64,000 nt of DNA from Azolla caroliniana. Lineage: Eukaryota > Plantae > Polypodiophyta. The stretch's first letter is position 1, and every line of letters starts with the position of its first letter. This document shows, in pieces, positions 1-11,620 of this stretch. A program made the translations under genes and the position numbers. The DNA lies in contig JBHGNT010000006.1 in assembly GCA_043228905.1 (NCBI GenBank), positions 19,530,001-19,594,000 on the forward strand, given 5' to 3'. A model generated the notes under the pieces. That model worked only from the letters and a program-made list of their open reading frames with translations. It searched no databases and had not been told where the DNA came from.

Positions 1-1009
1 GGCAGTCGAGGCTGCAGAAGACGGTTGCGTTGTCAACCACAGAGGCGGAGTACATGGCGGTTGTGGAAGCCGGCAAGGAAATCTTATGGATGAAGGACTT
101 CATCGGAGAGCTCGGTATCCGGCAAGATGAATATCGGCTCTATTACGACAGTCAAAGTGACATCCACCTTGCTAAGAATGCGGCCTACCATTCCCGGACG
201 AAGCATATCCAGCGAAGATATCACTAGATCCGGGAAAGAGTAGATGACCAGGAGTTCGCACTGACGAAGATCCACACGGCCGAGAACGGGTCAGATATGC
301 TGACCAAAGTGCTGATACCCGACAAGTTGGACGCATGCCGGAAGTGGATCGGTCTAGTAAGACACCCCATGCCGGAGTGAAGGGGGAGTTTATTGGGAGA
401 CAGGTCCCTCCGGATGGGAAGGGAGAAAAACAATGCCAGTGAACAAACTCGGCCGAGGCCGAAGCCGTATGATGAGTACCCGGCTACGGAGAGCCGGATG
501 GTGCAGACCCGGTGAGAACCGGATGAGGAGTACCCGGTTACGGAGAGCCGGATGGTGCAGACCCGGTGAGAACCGGATAAGGAGTACCCAGTTACGGAGA
601 GCCGGATGGTGCGAACCCGGTGAGAACCTGATGAGGAGTACCCGGCTACGGAGAGCCGGATGGTGCAGACCCGGTGAGAACCGGATAAGGAGTACCCGGT
701 TACGGAGAGCCGGATGGTGCAGACCCGGTGAGAACCGGATAAGGAGTACCCGGTTACGGAGAGCCGGATGGTGCGAACCCGGTGAGAACCGGATGAGGAG
801 TACCCGGCTACGGAGAGCCGGATGGTGCAGACCCGGTGAGGAATGCTCACCGGATGAAGAGACATATTCGTAAATATTTTTCTGAGAGTCCATCAAGAAT
901 ATATTTGTAAATAGCCGAAAAGTCATATTAGTATAAAAATGACTTAGGGCAAACCTTTTAAACTGTTGTTATTATTTCTTATTTGCGTGAGATCAGAGCG
1001 TGTAACAGT

Positions 1010-1053
<44 letters not shown>

Positions 1054-1321
1054 CGTTGCCTCTGTTGTAACCGCCACCTGTGGCGAAGATCGTGAGCACG
1101 AGGTCGTTGCCTCCGTGAACTCACTGTTGTACATACTAACCTAGTGATAGTTTGCAGCCTGTGGGCTGCCGTGGTTTTTCTCTAGTTTGGGGTTTTTCCA
1201 CGTTAAACATCCTGCATACTCTTCTCTTCCATTGTGTCGTTCTTCGTTTTCGTTTTCTGTGTATGATCCTAAGCTCGGTTGTGGCCGAGCATTGCGTATA
1301 AGGAGCGTTCAGTTCTCGTCA
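1..1321 (+). mobile_element. 3' end of Ty1/copia LTR retrotransposon (family A): RNase H end, PPT and 3' LTR (391-1321)
   Basis: ORF 30-227 has LSTTEAEY...YHSRTKHI (copia RNase H). PPT GAGTGAAGGGGGAG at 375-388. LTR matches the reverse complement of 37451-38364 and ends ...CTCGTCA at 1321. Confidence 0.93.
471..840 (+). repeat. 54-bp tandem repeat (~7 copies) in copia A LTR
   Basis: Unit CCGGTGAGAACCGGATGAGGAGTACCCGGCTACGGAGAGCCGGATGGTGCAGAC; produces 18-aa periodic ORFs in several frames. Confidence 0.95.
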
Positions 1322-1585
1322 AGTCATAGAATCATATTCTATGACACATAACTTATGAGCTGTCACATTCCCCATGCTCCATGAGTCTTGCAGTTAATGA
1401 AGAGAGAGGGTGACTACATAAAGCACCCTCCTCCCACCTTGTATAATGTTGTGTCTTTCTCCTTTGTCAATATACTTTTACCTTGCGTATTCCTTGTCTC
1501 TCTCTCACTCTCTCTCTCTCTCTCATACACACACATAACTCATATCTCTTCCGCTTCACAAGAATCCATCTCTTGATTCTTTACA
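1322..1585 (+). mobile_element. 3' part of a copia family B LTR, interrupted by the family A element
   Basis: AGTCATAGAATCATATTCTATGACAC...GATTCTTTACA matches the LTR at 32455-32720. Confidence 0.85.
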
Positions 1586-3316
1586 CAACTATACCGAAGG
1601 GAAGCCAATTTATGTGACTGTAGATACGAGCCCAACTAGAATCGGGTGGTTCATCAACCAAGAAGGAGAAGATAATGCACGGTATGCCATCCGGTTCAGG
1701 GCAAAGGTTCTCAACGAACGACAACAAAGATACGCCCAAGTCAAGCGGGAACTTTGGGGTATTGTGTCGGCAGTGAAGACGAACAAAGACTACCTGATCG
1801 GGTCGGAAGTAATAATTGAGACAGATTGTCTCCCAATCCTCTAGATGATCTCAGGATGTGAGACACCAAATCTAGCTATGCTAAGGTGGATGGCCTATAT
1901 CAAGTCTTTGAACCCAGAGATCTGCCATATTGCAGGGAAGAAGAACGCCATGGCTAACATGTTGTCGAGGGCAAGATTTGAGAATGAAGGTGACATGGTT
2001 TCAAAAGATGAAGACTATTGCCCTATGCCTTGTGGGCTGACAGAACGACACACAGCTCAGTGACAGGGTATATGCCAACAGAGCTTATGTATGGACAGAA
2101 GCCGGTAATGCCCATCAAAAGGACAATCACCTCATGGGTAGCGATACCATGGGAGAACGAGATGAGCCGAGAACAGTTATTAGTGGCACGGATGAGGCAA
2201 TTTGAAAGAAGACCTGAAGATCTAGAAAAAGCGCGAAAGATGATGGAGGCAGCCCAAGTGAAGAACAAAATTCGGTTCAACAAGACGCATCGACTGCATC
2301 CCAAGGAGATCGAAGAAGGAGATTGGGTATTGGTCTACGATAGTAGCCTTGACAATCAACACAATACAACAAGGAGGCTCACAAGAAGATGGTTTGGACC
2401 GTATGTGGTGACAAGTGCCAACAATAATGCCACATACCACCTTGCAGAGCTAGACGGATCAAGGTTGGTTGTACCCATTGCAGGGAAAAGAGTAAAGATT
2501 TTCAAGAAAAGACAAGACGAGGATCCTGACCTCAATCACCTCGACGATGAAGATAATAGGACAGATGTGAATGAGGATGTGGAAGAATTTGATTGATCAC
2601 AGTAGCCGAAATCTCGCACACTCTCTTATTGGCACATACCAGAGGACGTGCGGTTTGGTGGGGGTGGATGTCGTGAAGATTTTTGGCAACGGTGTGAAAA
2701 TCATGTGGAACAAACAAAATCGAGAAAGTGTAATGAGCACTCAAACATTTGTAAATAAATAAGACTAAAGCCTAGTAACCTTTGAGTCCATACAAAGTGG
2801 TGCAAGCAAGGCTTGAACCTTGCACCTCCATGATAAGAGCCGAATTAACTTTATATTTTCTTTTCATATTCAATATTTCGTAGGAAGCAAACATATAAAA
2901 ACCATGGGCACAAAACCATGGTTTTAACCCATGGTTTTAGCCCGTGGTTTTAGCCCATGGTTTCAGCCATGGTTTCATCCCATGGGTTTAGCTATGGGTT
3001 TAGCACATGGTTTTTGCATGGAGAGACCTATAAAAGCCTATAGTGGGGCTTGTGTAAGGAGCCAAGTGATGTAAGTAAAAAAAAAACTTGTAATCAAAGA
3101 TCTGAGCTATCCTAATGGTGATGTATCTTGTCTCATAAAACTAAAGTCAAGGGTTCAATCTCAATCTCAATCTCAATCTCTCTCTATCTTTTCATCCATC
3201 TATCTATCTATCCATCAATACTTTCTCGCTTACGTTGTTAAAAACATCGAATCCTTCTGGTCCAGGACCCCGGTGGTCCTGCTTCATTTCACGAACACGC
3301 AAGGATTTCTTCGACA
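1586..3316 (+). mobile_element. Ty3/gypsy 3' fragment: RNase H, integrase C-terminus, PPT and 3' LTR (2669-3316)
   Basis: RNase H motif RYAQVKRELWGI...IETDCLP; integrase tail WFGPYVV (2018-2596) with the core deleted near 2017. PPT GGTGGGGGTGGA; LTR TGTCGTGA...CGACA. Confidence 0.88.
2900..3016. repeat. Short (~13-14 bp) tandem palindromic repeats in gypsy LTR
   Basis: Repeated (A/G)CCCATGGTTTTAG-like units. Confidence 0.7.
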
Positions 3317-5545
3317 CCGTACTACCTTCAGTTTTCGGCCAGTTTCCCTCTCGACCCTCGCTTGGAACTCTTTGAAAACGGATAACACATGGTCCTTCAT
3401 TTTCAGCACGGAAGCCCACAACTTCTGGCTAAAGTCGTCTATGAAGGTCACAAAATACTGTGAACCAGCATGCAACTTTGTATCTATGTAGAATACATTC
3501 GTATGCACGAGTTCCAACGACATTTTCTTCCTCATTGGGGGCCTCAATCAGAAGGAGGTTCGATTCGGCTTGCCGGCCAAGCAATATGTGCACTTCCCAA
3601 GTTGCACATTCTTCACCTCCGGAATGACGTTATCCTCTAGAAGCTTTCGCATCCCGTTCTGGCTCATGTGACATAGCCGCTTGTGCCATAACTCACCAAT
3701 TGTATCAGTTGCCACGTTTACTTCCCCTCGGCATAATCAAGCATGCGTCAAGTATAGTGTGTTGACTTTCTGGGCACGAGCGATGATCAAGCTTCCCTTG
3801 CAGAACTTCATAACACCGTTCTAGATGCTACCCGTGTAGCCTTCGTCGTCTAGTAGTCCGGCTGATATCAAGTTCAATCGAACTTCCGGAACATGTCATG
3901 CATGTCTCAACACAAGTCTACACCCGGTTGACGTTGTCAAGCACACATCTCCAATGTCGACAATTTGGCATGCTCCTTCATTTCCCATCTTTACGGATCC
4001 GAGGTCTCCGGCTCTATAAGATGTGAAACATTTCCGGTCGGGGGTTAGGTGGAATGATGCACCCGAATTGACCACCCATGTCGATTCTTCGTCGACAAGG
4101 TTCACTTCATTCTATGCACTGATCAGCAACAATTCCTCCTCACTTGTCACGATTGTCAAGGTGTTCTTGCTGTCCGAAATCTTCTTCGGGTGCACACCGT
4201 CGGCTCCCCCTTTTTCCTTTCGGAAATGTCGGCAATTTTTCTGGAAATGCCCTGGCTTCCCGTAATAGAAGCACCTGGGCCTACCCCTTGACTTCGACCT
4301 CGCTCCGACTTATCTTGATTCTAGGGACATTGAGTTCAGCCTATTCCTCGATTCATGTCACTTTCTGTGACAAGGACCTTTGGGCCAGTATTGGACTCTT
4401 AGTCCTTCCGGCAAGCTTCCTCATTTAGTAAGCTCAACTTCACCTACTCTAGGGATAGATGTTTCCCTTCCTGTCCCGTGTTGCCCAATGTGACAACCAA
4501 CGTTTCCCAGCTGTTTGGAAGGGATCCCCGCAACAATAGTGTTAATACCTCGCCGGCCAGAGGTACTTCTAGAGAGGTGGTTTGATTCATCAGTCCTTGG
4601 AAGGCATTAATGTGCTCTACCATGCTAGAGCCATCTTGAGACCAGAGTCTAACGATTTTTCTGAAAACTGAGACTCTGCTCACGGCGTTCTTGTTTTCAA
4701 ACATCATGTCAATCTTCTTCCAGAGGACATCGGCACTCATCTCTTCATCAAAGTTATTGTATAGACTCATGTCTATAAAACACCTTATATATGTTGCCAC
4801 CTTCAAATGCATGACTTCCCAAGTCGATGCATTGATCTTGTCTACCTTGCTTTTGCTGAATTGCACCGGCAACCACATGTCTTTGCACACCAACATGTCC
4901 CGCATCTTCGACTTCCACACAAAATTGTTGGAGCCAGTAAGTTTGAACATGTCGTCATATGAGTCTTCCATCGCTCTGATACCACTTTGTGAGAATCGAG
5001 ACTGGCCACAACCAGTTCTACTTCGAATGTTCAGGTGCAAAAACGAGATAGATAGTACACAGATAGAAAAACGTGAAGGCAAAAAATAAGTATAGAGACA
5101 CAAGATGTTTTACGTGGAAAACCCGAAAGGGAAAAACCATGGGGGTCCACAAACCCCAAGAAATAGATCATTATGTAAAGAGACGAGTACAAAGAGACTC
5201 GTAGGCACCGACCTTGAGCTCGTTCTCATCTAACAAATGGCGGCAGAGTTACTACTCTCTCACTCACTCATAGTTACAGAGGCAACTAATCACTATAACT
5301 TGTTCAACTATAATGATCAACACCCTCTTAAAGTTTGTCCTAGTTGTTTATATACTAAAACAACTTTTTGCCTATTTACAAGTATAACCCACAAGGGGCA
5401 CATCTGGACTATTTATAAATATAGTCTTTCGAATTCTCAATTGAATCGATTTTTTATTACGATTTTAGCCTCGGCCGAATTACCCATGTGTCCTCGATTC
5501 GGTTCGTTCTCTTCTTCCCATCCGGAGAGACCTATTTTCCCAACA
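3317..5545 (-). mobile_element. Degenerate Ty1/copia 5' half: 5' LTR (4988-5545), PBS, gag, protease, start of integrase
   Basis: PBS TGGTATCAGAGC (tRNA-iMet) at 4973-4984, ATG 1 nt later. Gag MEDSYDDMFKLTGSN, protease WVVNSGASFH, integrase LELVHTNV...FIDDFS. Multiple stops. Confidence 0.9.
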
Positions 5546-6420
5546 AAAGACAACCCCAAAAAGCTTCCAAAAGAGTTATCGTCGAGATATTCTCATAGTT
5601 TATTCCAAATTTTATGCGAGTATTTCTCAATGACTTTGCGTTGTTCGGAAAGATCATTGATCACATGCATTGGCTGGTACAAATCCTCACAAGATGTCGA
5701 GAAACATGTTTAAGCCTAAATCCAGCCAAGTGTGCTTTTGTTATATCAAGGAGGATGTTGCTAGGACATATTGTTAGCAAAGATAGAATTGTTGTTGACC
5801 CAACAAAAGTAGTGGCAATAATGGAAGCACCAAGTCCAAATATTGCTAACTTTTACTAGATCAGTTGTCTTTGTTGTACTTGTTAAGTAAAGTTGAACTA
5901 ATAAGCAAGCTAGCATGGTGGATGCTGCTCTTGAAAGAGTTCGAGTTTACAATAATCCACACATCAGGAGTCTTGCATGCAACAACAAACTATCTGTCAA
6001 GAATCAAAACAAGAGAAGTGACAACAGAAGTACTAGACGACTTCCCATATGATGACATTTTGATGTTGGAAAACGTCGAAGAAATAAGGATTAAAGGACT
6101 AGATGTCTGGTACAAGGAGATCAAGTACTTCCTCACTCAAGGAATTCCACCACCAGGTTTGAAAAGAGATTAGAGGAAGCGACTTGCATTGTGTAGTCGA
6201 AATTCAGTATCATCCATGATGCTCTATACAACCAAGGAGCGGACGCAACATGGAGAAGATTTCTAGGAGCATGAGAAGCTCAACATCCTCAAGGAAGCTC
6301 ACGAAGGAGTGGCGAGCAGACACTACTCTAGTGAGGTGTGGCATATGGTGGCCAACCAAATCCAAGGATGTGCACCCGTACTCAAAAAAAATACGGTGTC
6401 TGCCAATGGCTAGGCTACCT
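5546..6420 (+). mobile_element. Degenerate Ty3/gypsy pol fragment (RT, RNase H, integrase zinc finger)
   Basis: VFLNDF...LSLNPAKCAF...LLGHIVSK (RT); KLAWWMLLLKEFEFTI (RNase H). Frameshifted. Confidence 0.8.
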
Positions 6421-6636
6421 TGTGTGGAATTGCACTCGACCACAACCGAGACTCAAACAATAGAAGAGACAACGCAGGATGTTTATGTGGAGAACCCTAA
6501 CAAGGGAAAAAACCACGGGATCCCCCAAACTCCAACTATCACTATATGAGAAAGGAGGTACAACAGGAGACTCAGAGGCAATGACCTCGAGCTCTATGTC
6601 TTCACCATCTAGCGGTTACAACAAAAACTCATTCTG

Positions 6637-6699
<63 letters not shown>

Positions 6700-7030
6700 A
6701 CAACAAAATGATAATGACCAACAACCACCTATACTAAAATGATTTCCCTAAGTCATATTTATACTTATATGACTTTAGGACTATTTACAATTATAGCCAT
6801 GATAGACCCATTAGAAACATATTTACATATGTGTCCCTATTTCCAGTTCACACCGAATCTATCCGATCCGGCTTCTGGATCCCATTCGGATCCGGTTCCT
6901 GCATCTAGTTCATCCAATCCGGTCCTCTTGATCCTCATTTAGATCCCATCCGGAGGAACCGAAATCCCAACAATCTCCCCCTTCACTTCGGCATGGGATG
7001 TCTCGTTAGTCTGATTCGTCTCCAGCATGC

Positions 7031-8395
7031 TGTCGTGAGAATCCGTCACTATGTGCGGATCGTGAGGCGGAACCACCGGGGTTCTGGACTAGAAGGATTT
7101 AGTGCAACACGTACAACACAAGCAAGTTTTAAGCATAAGACAAGTGGGAGAGACAAATCATTCCTTTATTGCAAAAGAAAATCGATTCTTTATAATTTCA
7201 AATTTGTGTTACAATGGGTTGGGTATGGAAATGAGAGATTAATTTTACAAAGAAAGGAGCCAACAACCATGCAAGGAGTGCTCTGATATGAATACGAGAG
7301 ATCATTTTTGACCAGAAAGATCAAGTCCCCAAAGCTAGGAGTTTGATATCAATATGTGAGATAATTTGTTTCTCGAAAACCCAGAGGGAAGAAGAAGGAA
7401 GAGGGGGGGGAGGAAATGGGACATATATCCAGCTCCTCGTTGATCCTCCTTCTCAATGTTACTTTGAATGCCCACTTTTAGTTGGATGGCCTCTATTTTT
7501 AGTTGCATGGCCTCTGCTTTTAGTTGCATGCTTCCATTTTTAGATGCATGCCTTTTTCTTTTAGTTGCATGGCCTTGGCTTTTGGTTGCATGTGATTGTC
7601 CGTATAATTCGGCCAAATGACACAATCATCCATAAAGTTTAACCCGTGTGCAATCCGTACGTGCGTCGCAACCAAACCGTAGACGTGTTCGCACGCAAAA
7701 GTCCCGACCGCACCGTAGTGTACGCATCCGCGTGCAAAATTCTCGACCGTGCCATAGTGTACGCATCCATAAAGTTTAACCCGTGCGCAATCCGTACGTG
7801 CATCGCAACCAAACCGTAGACGTGTTCGCACGCAAAAGTCCCGACCGCGCCGTAGTGTACGCATCCACGCGCGCGCGCGTCCAACCCGCACCGTGTACGC
7901 ATCCGCGCGCAAAATTCTTGACCACGCCATAGTGTACGCATCCACGCATATGCGCGTGCACACACACGCGTCCGCACATACGCATCCGTCCAAAACGTCC
8001 ACGCATACACCCGAAACTTGCACACGTGTATACATCCGAAGACGTACATGCACTCACGCATACACCCGAAGCGTGCACACCACATAGTGTAGCCCAAGTC
8101 ACCTTGAACATTCTATGCTCCACACATTGATAAAATGAATATGTTTTGGTTTCCCTTATATATTCTGGGTTCCAATGTTGTCCTATCTATGTGGGATATC
8201 TCACAGTTTTGTCTTTTCTTTTCTTTTCTTCAAACTTCACACTCACATAACTTGATACTTGTTTATCCGTTTTATGCGTAGTAAAATACGCTATGAAGCT
8301 CTTGAACACATCTATCTTTCCATATCCATATATTAAGCTAATCGTAAATAATTATTTTACTAGTTTTCATATCGTGTGTGAAAAACCACACGACA
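7031..8395 (-). mobile_element. Solo LTR of the TGTCGTG..CACGACA gypsy group
   Basis: Termini TGTCGTGAGA...CACACGACA; 4-bp TSD ATGC; splits the copia RNase H end. First ~80 bp are homologous to 52404 and 58763. Confidence 0.88.
7476..7945. repeat. Tandem repeats inside solo LTR (~21-bp units and a ~137-bp duplication)
   Basis: TTTTAGTTGCATGGCCT units at 7476-7590; the ATCCATAAAGTTTAACCCGTG... block is repeated at ~7628 and ~7765. Confidence 0.8.
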
Positions 8396-11039
8396 ATGCG
8401 TCAAGCTTGTCGGTTGAAAGCACCTTGGTTAACATGTCCGACGCGTTCTCCTCCGTGTGGATCTTCGTCAGCACGAAGTCTTGATCTTTTACTCTCTCCC
8501 GTATCCAGTGGTACCTGTGTTGGATGTGTTTCGTCCAGGAATGGTAGGTCGCATTCTTCGCAAGGAGGATGACACTTTGACTGTCACAATAGAGCCGGAA
8601 TTCCTCCTACCAGATCCCTAGTTCTCCAATGAAGTCCTTCATTCAGATTATCTCCTTGCCAGCTTGCACCACTGCTATGTACTCTACATCCGTCGTTGAC
8701 AGTGCAACAGACTTCTGCAGCCTCGACCGCCACAATACGGCTCCCCTTGCATAAGTCATGACATAACCGAATGTAGACCGGTTGGTGTCCGCATCAGCCG
8801 ACATATCCAAGTCTATGAATCCATCGAGTTGGGGTTTACCTGAGCCGAACCAGAGGCACAGGTTCAATGTGCCTTTCAAGTACTAGAGGATTCACTTGAC
8901 GGCTAGCCAATGTTCTCTTCTCGGATTGCTCATGAACCGGCTGACTACTCCGATAGCATATCCAATATCTGACCAGGTGCACACCATTGCATGCATTAAG
9001 CCTCTGACGGCAAAGGTATATGGTATCTTCATCATATCCAACTTCTCTGCCTTCGTCTTTGGGCTTTGCTTTCCGGACAGCTTGCAATTTGCCGAAATTG
9101 TCGATCCAACCGGCTTTGCATCCGACATGTTGAATCTTTGAAGCACCTTTGTCACGTACTTCTCCTGTGACAGCCACAACAGCTTCTTCGACCAGTCACG
9201 GATTATGTGCATCCCCAATATCTATCTCACCGGACCCAACTCTTTCATTGAGAAGGTCTGGTTTAGGGCCTTCTTCAACATTCAGATCTTGATTTGGTCT
9301 CGTCCGACGATCAACATGTCATCCACGTATAGAAGGAGTATCAGGAAATCGCCTCCGCCGAATTTCTTCACAAATACGCAATGATCGACTTATGTCTTGT
9401 GGTAGCCATGGTCGGTCATGAAAGAATCAAACTTCTAATACCATTACCGGGGAGATTGGTTCAATCCATATAACCACTTCTTCAACCGGCATACCAGGTG
9501 CTCCTTCCCTTTCTTCACAAATCCTTCCAGTCGTTGCATGTAGGTACTATAGGTTCCTTTCTCTTTCCGGAAATGCCGACAGTTCTTCTGGAAGTGCCCT
9601 GGCTTCCCACAATAGAAGCAAGTAGGCCTCCCCCTTGACTTTGACCTCGTCCCCAACTTGTCCCAGTTTTGGGGACTCTGATACCGGCCTCTTCCCCGGT
9701 TGTGGTCATCTTCCATGACCAAGGCCTTTGGATCGGTTCCGGACTCTTGATCCTTCCGGCGAGCTTGATTTTATCCTTGCTAGGGACAATTGCTTTCCTT
9801 CCAGCTTGGCGTTGCCCAACATGACAATTAACGTCTCCCAACTATCCGGGAGGGAACCGGGCAGGAGCAATGCGAGTACCTCATTGGCGAGAGGTACTTC
9901 CAACGAGGTTGCCTGGTGTATTAGCCCCTGGAAGGCATTCATGTGCTCCGCCATACTGGAGCCATCTTGGTACCAGACCCTCACTAGCTTCCGGAATACC
10001 GAAACCTGATTAACAGCATTCTTATTCTGGAACATGATGTTGATCTTCTCCTAGAGTTCATGAGGCTTGCTCTCTTCATTGAAGTTGTTGTACAGGCTCA
10101 TGTCGATGAAACACCGGATGTATGTCGTTGTCTTCATGTGCATCACCTCCCACACTCTGGTGTCGATCTTATCCGGTCTCTTGTCCCCGAATTGAACCGG
10201 CAACCAAAGATCTTTAACCACCAGCATATCCCTCATCTTCAACTTCCACACTGAGTAGTTGGAGCCGATGAGCTGGAACATGCCGCTGAACGATTCTTCC
10301 ATTTCCTATGTTGTTTGCTCTAATACCAGTTTGAAGAGAACAACACGGAATATTGCTCGGCCACAACCAAGTCTTGAATCACTTCTATGAGAATCAAACA
10401 CAGAATTGGGAAATAGGGAGTGAACGCAAGCACACACATAGACAATAGAGAGTACTCAGGATGTTTACGTGGAAAACCCTAATAGGGAAAAACCATGGGA
10501 GCCCACAGACTCCAAACTATCACTATATAAGAAAGGTACAAACAGAGACTCGGAGGCAATGACCTCGAGCTCTGTATTTTCGCCAACCGGCAGTTACAAT
10601 AGAGTATCGCTTTGTATCTCTCTCTCTCTCTCTCTGTGTGTACAACAGTTATGCACATGCAACAATATGAAAAACCACTACACACTCAAAGTGATTGCCT
10701 TAAGTCATATTTATACTTATATGAACTTCGGGCTATTTACAAATATAGCCTCAATAGGCTTAATCAAAACATATTTACAAATATGTCTTCTCTTCTGGTT
10801 CTCATCGGGTCCATCTGATCTGGTTTCCGATTCTCTTCCAGTTCTCACTGGGTCCTCTTCATTCATAACCGGATCCCATCCAGAGGGACCGATTTCCCAA
10901 CATATCTATCCAACGGCCTCCCAGTTTACGCACCGCTACGGCCTCTCATTGCGCACCTGGTTTACACACCCAGTCTACGCACTGGTTTACGCACCCAATG
11001 TTGAGCTTGTATCTCAACAATACTCTACAGCGAATCTTG

Positions 11040-11620
11040 AGGAAGACAGCGAATGAACACCAACCCGATTGGGATAGGAAACTATAGTCGATTTGACATC
11101 GTTTCGATTGATCTATAATTTAAATGTAGTTTCTCCAATGTGGTTCATCACAAACTTGTTATGCATTCAGGTGCAAGAAAGGCTAGACGAGTATGTATCA
11201 GTCAACATTCGAAAATTGAATTGTTGAAATTAGGCAAAGAACGGATTCATAACAAAGCAGTGATGGAGGCAGTACAAAGAAGGAGAGAAGCATTCGTCAA
11301 CAAACATCGACGAAAGTGTGATAGCAAACTACTGGAGTGCAAGGTAGAGTTAGTTTTCCAAACAAATATGGGGATTAAACCAGGAAAAATCAAACTGCAA
11401 TGGGTAAGACTGTATTGGATTGTACAAGTCATCAAGGATGGAACTTTCAAGCTCGGCACAATCTTAGGAGAAATGGTTGGAAAGAGAGTTAACATCAATC
11501 GACTCGAGCCATTCTTCGAAAAGATGCCACTGAACCCATTCTCAAGTCCCAGGGAAGAAACCTTTATGAGAATCTCTATTGTGTTAATGATCACGTTGAA
11601 TCAATTTTTTGGTGGCTCGA
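11040..11620 (+). mobile_element. Degenerate gypsy integrase C-terminus, probably continuing 5546-6420
   Basis: ORF 11140-11643: PGKIKLQWV..YWIVQV..DGTFKLGT...VNINRLEPF resembles a GPY/F integrase tail. Confidence 0.7.

Larger units (their letters stand above)
6421..10902 (-). mobile_element. Internally deleted or chimeric Ty1/copia element, LTRs 6421-6972 and 10332-10902
   Basis: PPT at ~6973-6990; RNase H and RT remnants 8396-9545; gag 9550-10302 fused directly to RT; PBS TGGTATTAGAGC 10317-10328. Flanks TACCT/TATCT are a possible TSD. Confidence 0.85.

Noticed and set aside
224-926. Overlapping 150-230 aa ORFs with 18-aa periodicity (also 37830-38534, 42714-43241, 45141-45667, 49879-50491)
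   Set aside because: By-products of stop-poor tandem repeats inside LTRs; open in several frames on both strands, with no domain.
7520-8123. Cys/Arg/Val-rich ORFs
   Set aside because: Derived from (CA/CG)-rich tandem repeats within a solo LTR.
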